Positions 43,832 to 53,694 of a stretch of 64,000 nt of DNA are shown here, in pieces. Position numbers and translations under genes: made by a program. The stretch spans positions 256 to 64,255 of the IMG/VR virus record IMGVR_UViG_3300028800_000012. The stretch is one strand, 5' to 3'. Under the pieces are notes generated by a model. That model saw only the letters and a program-made list of their open reading frames with translations. It was not told where the DNA came from and searched no databases. The stretch's first letter is position 1; each line of letters begins with the position of its first letter. Source of the DNA: a virus.

Positions 43832-46800
43832 GAGAATAGCTCCGGCGCCTCATCAACAAAAATCATGTCGGCTGTCATGTCCACGTTAGGCGTGATGCTG
43901 TAAACGATGAGGCGTTTGTATTCGCTGCCGATCCGGCCGAGCGTGCAGAGGCACCCAACGTCGATTTGCGACGCGCCCGGATCGGCAAATGGCGTCGCAA
44001 ATGTGATTGCAGTCGTTTCGCCGTCCGATGTGGACGTGATCTGTTTTGTGATGATGCCGTTGCCGCCCTTCATCCGAATCGCAATGCCGGTGACGGCTCC
44101 GAAATCTGCAATATCTCCCGCGACGGAAAGATCGGCCGAATCCTTGATGTCCGTCCCTGTGGTAACAGGGACTGTCCCGTCGAGCGTCAAACCTGTAATG
44201 TTTCCGCCGCTGCGGCTGATCGATTGGATACGCGAGAACCCGGCATACCGGTCGATAATATCGTATTGGACGCCGACTAAATCCCCGCGTTGACAGACAA
44301 TCGACTCCAGATCGGCCTTACCCTTGTAGAACGTCATCCTCACTTTCGACTGCAGAAGATCGAAAGCCGCGCGCGCGCGGACATCGGCCTCATCAACAAG
44401 GCCGTCATATTGTATTTGATCGAGACGGGACGAGTCTGGGTTCGCGGGATCGGCGTAGACAATTGTCTCGTCAGATTGATAGTTGTTAGCCGAATTGATA
44501 AACCCAGCGCGGATGCCGGTCGATGGGCGTGCGAATGCACGGGTAAACGAAAACCCGTTCATATTGCGCGGCGTAAATATTTGGACGGGGGAGTCGCCGG
44601 AGCGATCCCTGTCGAGAATCACGCCCCATTTCTCATTGTGCGACAGCCGCGCGTACCCCGATGCCGCGACCATCGTGGCGACATCGATATAGGTCTTTCC
44701 TTCGACGACCGCGTCGCAGGTATATCCTTGCGCGGCGCAATGCGACCGGAAGGCAACGAGAGAGGCGCTATCGACAATGTCAACTGGCAGTGGCAAGCCG
44801 CCCTGCGTGCCGGTCAGAACGTCCCATAAATGAGGCGCCGGGTTCGACGTTGTCGTCAGTGTATTCCACCCGGTGCCGTCCCAGTCGTTTACGTACCCGG
44901 ATGCTAGAATCGATACTTGGTCGATTGCCCGGTTAGTAACCTTGAGCGCGACTGTTGCAAATTTGTCGGGATAGGGGACAGGATGTTCGTTCCAGATCGA
45001 CGAAAACCTGACGATCTGCGCCGTATCCTGAATATTGTTCTGATTGTAGAGCGTTTGTGCCGGGCTAGTGATATAGCCGAACAGATCGTAGATGACATTC
45101 GCCGTCGTATAGTCTCTCAGCGAAAAGTCCCCGGCCCGGACAGACTGCCCGCGCATAACCTGTATTTCCCAACTTCCCTTGGGAAATTTAACATTGTCGT
45201 TTAGATAGAATACGGCCTTGTCTGCGAAGAGATCGACATTCTGAATCCCAGTCGTTGACGACACGTTGCCGGAATATAGATAGGCGTCGTTTGCCGAAGA
45301 AAATACGACTTGTGAGATGCAGACTGTGTGAGACGAAACGTCTCCTGCAGATTCTACCAAAACAACCCGATGATAGGCGTAACTCTCACCTACAGTTTGC
45401 GGGATTGAGATCGTGCGATGCTGCGAATTCGACGATGTGAATGGACCATCTGTTGCCAGTGTCGTCCATGACGATCCGTCATTCGACCCTTGCACACTCA
45501 AAGTTATGTTTTTATTAGCTGAATTTGTAAACGCTGCATCGCTCGATGCATAAACATCAACTTTCAAAAGGCTCGTAAGATCGTTCCACTGCTTCCCGAC
45601 GGTTGCTGTAATAGACCCGGTACCGGCCAAACTTGCGCAATTCGCCAGCAGCTGTGTATTTGTGCCGTTGAACGCGGCGGCGAGATTGCCGCCCCCAGTC
45701 AATGTGCCAATGGCCGTACCGGTCGCGCCAGATACAGTCGATCCTGCCCCGGAAGAATAGAAATAAGCGTCGGATTCCCATCCGCCGATGCCGGCCGGGG
45801 CATGCACTTGCGGCGGAACATAGCTGTAGGCATAAACAGGGCCGCCTTGATCCGGCATGACATTGCGTGTGGCGGGCGGCGCCTGCCACAGCATCTTGAT
45901 CATGAAATTGATCTGCTTTAGCGAATAGTTGACGGCCTGCAATTCCGGCAGATTGATCCAGTTGGCCGCCCCGACCTGCCGCATTCTCACGCGAAACGGG
46001 ATCAGCATGGCGTGCCCGGACGAATCCACGCATCCGGTCGGCAGTGAAATCGTGAGCCACGCTTCGTCCGGCGATGCTCGCGTGGTCATCCCGTGCCACT
46101 GCGGGCAAGATAGCGGCGGGTTCGATTGATTGAGCAAATTGATCCCGCCGCCGCCGGTCGAATTGTCGACGGCATGCTTCGTTAGTTCAAAATTAATGCC
46201 TGGGTCAGTATAACTCTGCCGTGTGACGAGCGCCGCCTGCGGAGAATTTGGCAATCCTTCCTGCAATTCTATCTGCAGATCGGGGATTGACGCGGCCGTC
46301 GTATTCCCGACCATCAGGTCGGAGAGCAAATGCGGCCCCGACAGGCCGTAAATGGCTTCTGCTTGCCAATCGTCGCCGACGAGCTCGGTTAGCGGCGGCG
46401 AAATGATCGGGGGGAAGACGCGCATCGTCCCGACTACGCGCGGGATCGGGTTGCCCTTGCTGAGAATGTTTCCGGAAAGAGATGCGGCGGGCTTATTGAC
46501 GCCCTGATCGGGCGGCGCGCCCTGATTCGTCGAAAGAGATGGCGGCGGGACAAGCGCGGATATTGCAAGTGCGCCGCCAATGCCGATGGCCGCGCCAAGC
46601 ACAGAAGCGCCGACCGTACCGGCGGCGAAGGACGATCCTAAAAGCGGAGCTGCGGCGCCCCCCGTCACCGCCGCCGCGACGAGCATTACAGCGATCATCG
46701 CGATGGTGGCGAATGTGTTCTTGTGGCCGCCACCACCGCCACCGCCACTCCTGACCGGTAGCGCGAAGGTCACCACCACATCGCGGCCGGGATCGGCCTT

Positions 46801-47010
46801 AAGCCGTACGCGCGACCACATCTCGCGCGGAATCACTTGGTCATTGATGCGCGCGACACACCGTTCGGCGAACTTTGGCGGCAGATCGGTCTGTGCCGCG
46901 AAAATCTGTTCGATGGTCTGCCCAGCTCTGCCCACCGGCAGAATCCGGACACGCCCGTCGAATGGCCGTTCCTTTAGAACGACCAACGGATGCCGTAGCG
47001 GTGCTGTCAT
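43828..47010 (-). CDS. host-specificity (J-like) tail tip protein with an I-like N-terminal domain
   Basis: 1060 aa, positioned after the K-like gene. The N-terminal 165 aa or so resembles lambda gpI (a beta-grasp-like start, a Gly run RSGGGGGGGHKN, then a hydrophobic Ala/Gly/Ile stretch). Confidence 0.75.
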   Translation of the reverse strand: MTAPLRHPLVVLKERPFDGRVRILPVGRAGQTIEQIFAAQTDLPPKFAERCVARINDQVIPREMWSRVRLKADPGRDVVVTFALPVRSGGGGGGGHKNTFATIAMIAVMLVAAAVTGGAAAPLLGSSFAAGTVGASVLGAAIGIGGALAISALVPPPSLSTNQGAPPDQGVNKPAASLSGNILSKGNPIPRVVGTMRVFPPIISPPLTELVGDDWQAEAIYGLSGPHLLSDLMVGNTTAASIPDLQIELQEGLPNSPQAALVTRQSYTDPGINFELTKHAVDNSTGGGGINLLNQSNPPLSCPQWHGMTTRASPDEAWLTISLPTGCVDSSGHAMLIPFRVRMRQVGAANWINLPELQAVNYSLKQINFMIKMLWQAPPATRNVMPDQGGPVYAYSYVPPQVHAPAGIGGWESDAYFYSSGAGSTVSGATGTAIGTLTGGGNLAAAFNGTNTQLLANCASLAGTGSITATVGKQWNDLTSLLKVDVYASSDAAFTNSANKNITLSVQGSNDGSSWTTLATDGPFTSSNSQHRTISIPQTVGESYAYHRVVLVESAGDVSSHTVCISQVVFSSANDAYLYSGNVSSTTGIQNVDLFADKAVFYLNDNVKFPKGSWEIQVMRGQSVRAGDFSLRDYTTANVIYDLFGYITSPAQTLYNQNNIQDTAQIVRFSSIWNEHPVPYPDKFATVALKVTNRAIDQVSILASGYVNDWDGTGWNTLTTTSNPAPHLWDVLTGTQGGLPLPVDIVDSASLVAFRSHCAAQGYTCDAVVEGKTYIDVATMVAASGYARLSHNEKWGVILDRDRSGDSPVQIFTPRNMNGFSFTRAFARPSTGIRAGFINSANNYQSDETIVYADPANPDSSRLDQIQYDGLVDEADVRARAAFDLLQSKVRMTFYKGKADLESIVCQRGDLVGVQYDIIDRYAGFSRIQSISRSGGNITGLTLDGTVPVTTGTDIKDSADLSVAGDIADFGAVTGIAIRMKGGNGIITKQITSTSDGETTAITFATPFADPGASQIDVGCLCTLGRIGSEYKRLIVYSITPNVDMTADMIFVDEAPELFS

Positions 47011-47011
47011 G

Positions 47012-47416
47012 TCAGACTAAGGAGACGTGCCGATAAAAACCGAGAAGATTAAACCGCAGCCGGGAATGATCGATCGGCATCACAACTGCGCTGGTCGCTT
47101 TCCAAATGTGCAAAAGCGCATCCGATGAAACCATGATGCCAGCGTGCAGCGGGTTCCCCCGCAAAAGAGCCACATCGAAGCGGCGTTTTTCACCGATCAC
47201 GCGCGACCACGGATATGACGCCCGCTCCTGTGCAAAGCGTGCGTTGGCCAGATCGATGTCTTTGGCGGAGATTTCAGCGTATGTCGGAACATCGACTTGC
47301 GCCTGTTCTTTCAGAACAAGGTACACCAAGCCCCAACAATTGCAGGCGTCGAGCGAATGTCCATCATCGGCGTAAGGGACGCCGACGTAACGCGAGGCCC
47401 ACTCAGGGATGATCAT
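47012..47416 (-). CDS. NlpC/P60-family tail protein (K-like)
   Basis: 134 aa. YVGVPYADDGHSLDACNCWGLV contains the catalytic Cys context. Confidence 0.7.
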   Translation of the reverse strand: MIIPEWASRYVGVPYADDGHSLDACNCWGLVYLVLKEQAQVDVPTYAEISAKDIDLANARFAQERASYPWSRVIGEKRRFDVALLRGNPLHAGIMVSSDALLHIWKATSAVVMPIDHSRLRFNLLGFYRHVSLV

Positions 47417-47916
47417 CGGAACAGCGCCGGCAGATAATCCGGGGTGGCCCTGATCTTAGGCCACGGCTCCGTCGTCACGTCGTAGCTCACGATGTCCGCC
47501 GTCAATTGCCAGGCATCGCAGGAGACGTTGCGGAGATAGAGATAGTCGGCTTCATATTCGATTGTCGGCGTACCTACCGGCTGGCGCGGGTTGGAATCGT
47601 CGAAATCCGACCGCGCCATCACCTGAATGGAAAACCTCGGCGCGTCCGAGATTGCCAACACGGTTTCGCCGATGATCCGGTCAACGTTGGGAACGGTGAA
47701 CTTGGCTTGTGGCGGGTTTTCATCGTCAGTCAGCAGCGGCATGCCGCAACCAGTGCCCTTGAATGTATTGCCGCCGTAGACATAATCGACAATGTCGGAG
47801 TTGAAGTAGAGCGGCGTCTCTAGGTCCGGATGCGTGATCGTGAAGAACCAGACGGCAACATCGCCGCCATTGGTCGATTCAACATCGTCGCGGAAATCCG
47901 CGCTGATCGTTCGCAT
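47413..47916 (-). CDS. minor tail protein L-like (DUF1833-like)
   Basis: 167 aa, positioned before the K-like gene. The call rests on size and position. Confidence 0.5.
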   Translation of the reverse strand: MRTISADFRDDVESTNGGDVAVWFFTITHPDLETPLYFNSDIVDYVYGGNTFKGTGCGMPLLTDDENPPQAKFTVPNVDRIIGETVLAISDAPRFSIQVMARSDFDDSNPRQPVGTPTIEYEADYLYLRNVSCDAWQLTADIVSYDVTTEPWPKIRATPDYLPALFR

Positions 47917-47983
47917 GGATGAGGGGGTCGCGGTTTTCCGGTATCGGCGCTATAAGCGGGGATAACTGGGGGCGGCGGTTTCG

Positions 47984-49012
47984 ATGCGCAAAGGCTATCG
48001 TCCAGAACTCGAAGGGCTCAGAGGTGTGCTTGCCGCATGGGTGATGCTGTACCATGCGGCCATCTTTGGCGGCTTCTGGAAGAATGTACCAAGTGGCGTT
48101 GCCGCTCTGATGGATGGGGCGCGCGCCGTCGAGGTGTTTATGGTCCTTAGCGGATTCGTGATTGCGGGACTTATTTGGCGTGAACGGGAAGGATATAGCG
48201 TTTTTCTATTTCGCCGCTTTTTGAGGCTGTACCCTATTTATCTGATCTGCATTGTAGTAGCGGCATTGGAAATCAAATTTGGCATCGTCGCGCCGCACTT
48301 TGATCTCTCCAAATGGCCGGAGCATTTATTAGCGCACATTCTCATGCTGCACGGCGCTATCTCCACTTCCGTTCTCCCTGGAAGCGCCGGAGCAATTCTA
48401 AATCCGGCATGGTCGATATCTCTTGAATGGCAGTTCTACATTATCGCGCCAATTCTATTGTACCTGAGAGGACCTGCCGGGCTAGTACTTGCTTCAACCG
48501 TCGCTGTCGTTCTACTGCGCCTTGTCGCGCCGCACCTAAACGGTTTCACCGGCGCATTTCTCCCGTTAAATATACAGTTCTTCTGGATCGGCATAATCAC
48601 CTATGCGGCGCTGGAACGTAGCAAGATCGAGCCAATGACTGTCATTTTCCTGACTGCGCTCTGTCTTTTGTTCCTGCCCGTGATCGTCGCCGTGCCGATT
48701 GTTCTCTGGGTGGCTGCGATCTCCCCGGGGCCGGCGTCCCGCATGCTTACGAGCCATATCCTGCTTTCGCTCGGTCGCTGGTCACTTCCCATCTATCTCG
48801 CGCACGAGCCCATCATTGTCGCTGTACGATCGATGCTGCCAACGCTCGGTCCTCTAAAGGACACCTTGCTGATAGTAGGCATCGCCGGCACTCTGACGGT
48901 ACTGGTGGCGGCGGTGCTGCACAGATATGTCGAGGCGCCGTTCATCGTCCTCGGTAAGCGCCTCAAGAGCAGAACATCTAGTGAATCCACACCAAACCAA
49001 GTTCTGTCATAA
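47984..49012 (+). CDS. acyltransferase family 3 membrane protein (O-acetyltransferase-like moron)
   Basis: 342 aa, polytopic. N-terminal LEGLRGVLAAWVMLYH motif. It is the only plus-strand gene inside the tail module. Confidence 0.75.
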   Translation: MRKGYRPELEGLRGVLAAWVMLYHAAIFGGFWKNVPSGVAALMDGARAVEVFMVLSGFVIAGLIWREREGYSVFLFRRFLRLYPIYLICIVVAALEIKFGIVAPHFDLSKWPEHLLAHILMLHGAISTSVLPGSAGAILNPAWSISLEWQFYIIAPILLYLRGPAGLVLASTVAVVLLRLVAPHLNGFTGAFLPLNIQFFWIGIITYAALERSKIEPMTVIFLTALCLLFLPVIVAVPIVLWVAAISPGPASRMLTSHILLSLGRWSLPIYLAHEPIIVAVRSMLPTLGPLKDTLLIVGIAGTLTVLVAAVLHRYVEAPFIVLGKRLKSRTSSESTPNQVLS

Positions 49013-49367
49013 TGTCATTGACGTGGCTGGACGGGTTCACTGCGCCAGTCTTCACCGAAACACGGGATAGCGCCGCCGCAGCCGTCTGCGCCGCCGCTTG
49101 TGTAATGTTGTAGCCGGTCAAATCTAGCCCGCTTGGGAGTGTTCCGACTCCGAGCGGCGTCGGCATAGCCGCAAGTTCCGCCGCCGAGGCGTTGTTGCGA
49201 TAGATGTGACAGAACCAATGCGTCGGCGGAGCTTGGCCGCTCGCGGAGGCCGGCTGCGCCAGATTTTCACTTCCGGGATCATCGCCGAAATATGCGGCCA
49301 GCATTGCGTTGGCGTCCGCCTTGGATGCACCCGGAACAACAATTACGACGGAATGATCATTCGCCAT
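48978..49367 (-). CDS. hypothetical protein (129 aa)
   Basis: Track ORF. Its 3' end overlaps the acyltransferase 3' end. Confidence 0.4.
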   Translation of the reverse strand: MANDHSVVIVVPGASKADANAMLAAYFGDDPGSENLAQPASASGQAPPTHWFCHIYRNNASAAELAAMPTPLGVGTLPSGLDLTGYNITQAAAQTAAAALSRVSVKTGAVNPSSHVNDIMTELGLVWIH

Positions 49368-49379
49368 TTGTGACCTTTC

Positions 49380-50141
49380 TTAGAGTGACAGGCCGGCAAG
49401 AGCGCCGAAATATGTGCGACAATTCGCGATTTCCTGCGAGGTCAGGATGCGGCTGATCATAACCCCGCCAAACCACCAGATATTCGCCGCGCTAGTCCCG
49501 CCCGTATCTGATGCACCCACGGTAAGGCCGTCTGCAGTTGCCGTGCCGGTGTTACCCGTAGTGTAGGAGTTGTTGTCAATGGCGGCCTGCGACGAAACGC
49601 CGTTCCATAGTTCCGTAAGAACATGATTGGCACCAATTGTCATATCTGGATTAGTGAGGAGCCCAGAGCCGGAATAGAACGTAAGTCTCGGAGTTGTTCC
49701 GTTCTGATAAACACGCGCTTTATTGGTGCTAACGCCATCCCATATTGAATGACCTATTGTCCAACTCACTTGCTGGCCGATCATGATACGTGTGAACGTT
49801 GCACCCATCGTAAACGCAGCACCGATGCCGTCATCCGCACCGTCAAATATGATATATTTTAACCCACCAGAGACAGTGTAAATCCCCTTGCGCGCACTGG
49901 TACCTTGAACAAGGGCGTTTGAATTTGTCTTCCCGACAATGCGCCCGACCGGATCGCCGCTCGCCGCAACCGGCGTCGCGCCTGCGCTGTCCTGGAACAA
50001 CGTGGAAATATCGGCAACGCTCCACCAATCTCCCGTCTCGCCGCCACCGAACAATTGGCCTGGATTGAACGGCTGCGGAGCGTTCGTGGCCGGATTGCCG
50101 AATACGGCCGGCGCGTAAATTGTGCCAGGAATTATAATCAT
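49380..50141 (-). CDS. LamG/concanavalin-like tail-associated protein (tentative)
   Basis: Start at ATG 50139-50141, overlapping the upstream TAA. The C-terminal ...WFGGVMISRILTSQEIANCRTYF resembles LamG-type domain ends. Confidence 0.45.
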   Translation of the reverse strand: MIIIPGTIYAPAVFGNPATNAPQPFNPGQLFGGGETGDWWSVADISTLFQDSAGATPVAASGDPVGRIVGKTNSNALVQGTSARKGIYTVSGGLKYIIFDGADDGIGAAFTMGATFTRIMIGQQVSWTIGHSIWDGVSTNKARVYQNGTTPRLTFYSGSGLLTNPDMTIGANHVLTELWNGVSSQAAIDNNSYTTGNTGTATADGLTVGASDTGGTSAANIWWFGGVMISRILTSQEIANCRTYFGALAGLSL

Positions 50142-50560
50142 TAAGTGAACGTCCCGACCGCGACCACAGACACATTCGCGCCGGTCGTGACCTTCCACGC
50201 GCCGGACACGCTTTTCATGCCGAGCGGAATGAAGAACGGGACAAGATTTGAAACGGAAGACGCGCCGCCGGTAAAAATAGTAATCGACGTTGCGTTATCG
50301 AGGATGATCACGTTGCCGGGCGATGTCGTCGCCGGGACAACAAGTACGCCGGCAATATAATCTCCAGCCGCGCCGGTTGACCCGAGTACTTGCGCCGTCT
50401 GCGATGCCGCGACGGTTTCATATTTGGCCTGCGGGTCTGGATCGAATGCGTGGATGAACTCATAGCCGGACCCTCCGGCACCGTCCTTATCCCAGAGACG
50501 TGTATTAAAAGACGTTCCGGTGCCGTCCAAGACGGCTTTGGTCGTGGCAGAGCCAGCCAT
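50141..50560 (-). CDS. hypothetical tail-module protein (139 aa)
   Basis: Track ORF, adjacent to and probably coupled with the upstream gene. Confidence 0.45.
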   Translation of the reverse strand: MAGSATTKAVLDGTGTSFNTRLWDKDGAGGSGYEFIHAFDPDPQAKYETVAASQTAQVLGSTGAAGDYIAGVLVVPATTSPGNVIILDNATSITIFTGGASSVSNLVPFFIPLGMKSVSGAWKVTTGANVSVVAVGTFT

Positions 50561-50980
50561 TTACAGTGCTCCGAGATATTGGGAATTTGTCGATTTGTTG
50601 AATTTGAGTGCCGGCGGCGCGGTGCCGCCGGAGATCAGCCGCAACGCAATCTGTGCGCCGTAAATGATGCCGTCTACGCTGTTGAGCTTCGGCGGCGCGG
50701 TGAACATCCAAGTGCCGTTGCCGCCGGTTCGCTGATGCGTCACGGTGAACTGCTGTGTTCCATCAAGCAGTGTTGTCGAATAGAACGTCAGCAGCGCGTC
50801 CCATTCGTCGGACGTGTAAAGTCCGTTATAAGAGATGAGCTTTGTCGGCAGGGACGTGCGGCGGCGCAGTTTTTCCGGACCAACATCAGGCTGGAACTTG
50901 GCGACGTTATTTTCCGGTTCTTCGCTGTATCCTTGCTGCAGCCAATTGGTATTGACCGCCGCCGGCCACGCCGCCGTCAT
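50561..50980 (-). CDS. minor tail protein in the M position
   Basis: 139 aa, first gene after the tape measure. It ends in SQYLGAL. Confidence 0.45.
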   Translation of the reverse strand: MTAAWPAAVNTNWLQQGYSEEPENNVAKFQPDVGPEKLRRRTSLPTKLISYNGLYTSDEWDALLTFYSTTLLDGTQQFTVTHQRTGGNGTWMFTAPPKLNSVDGIIYGAQIALRLISGGTAPPALKFNKSTNSQYLGAL

Positions 50981-51008
50981 CGTCTTTCAGTCCTTGCGAT
51001 GGGAGAGA

Positions 51009-53294
51009 TCAGCGCGGTCGGGGCCGCAGTGGAACGCCGTAACGGCCGCGCATGATGGAATCGGCACCGCCGCTGGCTAGATGCTCATTGGTAGCGTCTT
51101 TGGCCTCGGATCGGATGAGGGCGCGGAAATCTATGCCGCCCTGTGCATTCGGCTGCTGCGATTTTTCGACGCTCGACCCCGGCGGGGCTTCGACGATGAA
51201 GTTATTCGTCACGCCGCCACCGGCATTGCCGCCGCCTTTCCAGTAGGACGACGGGGGACGTATGACATTGCCGGAGCGGTCAAACCCGCCGCCATCGGCA
51301 AAGCCGGGAATGCCCATGCGGCGTGACTGCGAATTGGAATAGACCGTCACGCCACCGCCGGGATGCGTTTGCAGCAGTTCAGGACCATTCTCGCCGACAA
51401 CTGCAATTCTTCCCGGCCCGAACGATCCGCCCGTAGCGGCATGGCCGACGAACAGGCTTGCAAAGATACTCGTGATGCCGCCAGTTCCGCCGCCGGGGAA
51501 CGCTGCCGCCCACAGGTTGTTCAGGATCATGTCCAGCAGTTTGGACTCGATCTTGTTCAGGGCATTCTGCGCGGCATTGCCGAAAGATTCCCACGCCGAT
51601 TTGCCCTGCTGCAGGCCGGAGAGCGTGTCTTGGAAAAGGCCGCGCGTTGTGTCGAAGGCGAACTTGGTGTCTTCAGCTTTCTGCGCGGCCTTACCAAGTG
51701 CATCGGCTTCCGCCGTAATGAGTGCGATACTCTGCGGGGTAAGCGTATTCCCGAGCCGGCGCTGTTCGTTTATCTTGTTCTGGATCGCAGCGTACTTGAC
51801 CGCCTCGCCGGTTGACATGCCGACCGTGTCCGCCTCGACCTTGTACGCATCGGCGGACGCGCGGATTTGATTAATGCCGAGGGCTTCGTTCCGCGTATAT
51901 TCAAGGATGCGGTCGGCGGCTGATTTTGTAATTCCCACGCCGGCAAGACGCGCCTGCTGGATAGCAATTTCCTTGGCGCGGACCTGGTCTTCCACCGTGG
52001 CTAGCTGCCCCATGATGGAGATGCGCTGCAATTCCATTTGCTGATCATGGACTGCGTCTTGCGGGTTGACTGTGGTTTTGCCGCTGGTTGAAATTCCGGC
52101 CTTTCTATTCAGCGCGCCAGACAGCGACTTTTCCGAATAGTCAGAAATTAACTGAGTGGCAGAATTGAAGCGAGCGTCGAATGTCTTGCTCTGCTCGTCC
52201 ATGGCGGCGATGGCCGCAGTCCCGGCCGCCAGTCCGGCGGCGATAACCGGATGACCCGTAGCAAGCGCGATAGCCGCCGCACCACCCGCCAATATGGCAA
52301 AGTCGTTTTTGTGCGCCATCAGGAAGTCGACAACCTCGATAATTGCCGCCTTCCCCTCATTCTTCCAATCCTGCCAGACGCGCGCCCAAGCCGTGTCAAA
52401 GTCGCGCGCTTTGGCGATCATTTCCTGTTCGGCGATGCTGCCAAAGTTATTAGCTTGCTGCGCCGCCTGCATAATTGAGGCGCCGCCTTGGCTAAGAAAT
52501 TGCACCCATTTCTGCGTCGCCGGCAGACCAGCCAGAGCAATGATGCGGTACTTTTCCTGCTGATTTGCCGCGTTGGCGACGAGATCGGCAGTACGAGCAA
52601 GATTTACGTTAAGGTCGCGAGAGACGGCAACGCCGTTAGCCCGGAACAGTTCGGCGAGAGAGCCGACGTGATGTTCTGCCTCGATAGCCAGCGAGCCGAA
52701 TTTTTCCATTGCGGAGAGGAAATCGTCTTGTCCGATCCCGCCGCCTTTCAGGAGCGCCGCAGACTGCAGACCATGCAAAGATTGCAGCGTCCCGCCGATC
52801 TTGTCCTGTAGGTCGGCGAATTTTACTTCAGTCGTCTTGATCGACTCGTAAATGAGGTAGAACGCGCCAGCGACAGCCGCCGCACCGCCGACCAACATCC
52901 GCATCGGCGTCAGCATCGACGTGAACATGCCGAGCGCGCCTTGGAATGCGCCAACGAGTCCGCCCGGCCCGCTTGCCGCATAGGACAAGTGGTTGAGCTG
53001 CATCGCCAGCATCTGTGCCGGCGGAATGCCCATTGCGATGCCTTCCGCCATCGACCGCGCCGCATGGAAGGCCGCCATGGCCTGCGTATTGAAGCCGCCG
53101 TGGGCATTGGCGGCATCGTTCACGGCTTTTGCATATATGCCGGTCGCCGTGGCGTTGGACTTCGCTTGCTCCGTTCCTTGCGCAACGGATGCGCCGGCCG
53201 CCTTAGCCTTCGCGCCGAACTGGTCGAGTGCCGCCGAACCTGCCGCAAGGCCGGACGTGTCGACCTTGAAGCCGAGCGTTGCGAGATCGGTCAT
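51009..53294 (-). CDS. tail tape measure protein
   Basis: 761 aa, Ala/Gly/Gln-rich and helical. It lies after the G/GT chaperone pair. Confidence 0.85.
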   Translation of the reverse strand: MTDLATLGFKVDTSGLAAGSAALDQFGAKAKAAGASVAQGTEQAKSNATATGIYAKAVNDAANAHGGFNTQAMAAFHAARSMAEGIAMGIPPAQMLAMQLNHLSYAASGPGGLVGAFQGALGMFTSMLTPMRMLVGGAAAVAGAFYLIYESIKTTEVKFADLQDKIGGTLQSLHGLQSAALLKGGGIGQDDFLSAMEKFGSLAIEAEHHVGSLAELFRANGVAVSRDLNVNLARTADLVANAANQQEKYRIIALAGLPATQKWVQFLSQGGASIMQAAQQANNFGSIAEQEMIAKARDFDTAWARVWQDWKNEGKAAIIEVVDFLMAHKNDFAILAGGAAAIALATGHPVIAAGLAAGTAAIAAMDEQSKTFDARFNSATQLISDYSEKSLSGALNRKAGISTSGKTTVNPQDAVHDQQMELQRISIMGQLATVEDQVRAKEIAIQQARLAGVGITKSAADRILEYTRNEALGINQIRASADAYKVEADTVGMSTGEAVKYAAIQNKINEQRRLGNTLTPQSIALITAEADALGKAAQKAEDTKFAFDTTRGLFQDTLSGLQQGKSAWESFGNAAQNALNKIESKLLDMILNNLWAAAFPGGGTGGITSIFASLFVGHAATGGSFGPGRIAVVGENGPELLQTHPGGGVTVYSNSQSRRMGIPGFADGGGFDRSGNVIRPPSSYWKGGGNAGGGVTNNFIVEAPPGSSVEKSQQPNAQGGIDFRALIRSEAKDATNEHLASGGADSIMRGRYGVPLRPRPR

Positions 53295-53694
53295 TGCTGA
53301 GGATTATCTTGCGGCGTGGTTTCTGCTGACAATTTAGCGGCGTGAGACAGGAATGCGGCGTCGACGGCCTTGATCGCGTGCACTTGCCACGGAGAGACAG
53401 GCAAGCCAGTGAGCCGCGACCATGCCTCTATTTCTGTGTAGGAGATCGGCGCAGGTCCAAACCCGGTCCCGCCTCTTGCCTCGGACAGTTCGCAGAAGAT
53501 TCCCCAGATGTGCCGCATATCGCGCGGCGGAGGTTCGGGGTGGAGATCGGGAATTTCAATTCCCGTTTGTTCTTCTGCCGACAGAAGGTGTTCTCTGAGA
53601 GTCCCGCCAGTCGGCTGCGGGTCGGATAGCCTGAATTCCGCCTCGGCAAAGGCGACCAGTTCGGAAATCAGGCTTTCAAGAAATTTGCCCGGTT
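53291..53694 (-). CDS. tail assembly chaperone T-frame (expressed as a G-T fusion by -1 frameshift)
   Basis: The -1 frame is open from just after TAA 53693-53695 to 53291. It encodes ...ISYTEIEAWSRLTGLPVSPWQVHAIKAVDAAFL (DUF1799-like). Confidence 0.65.
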
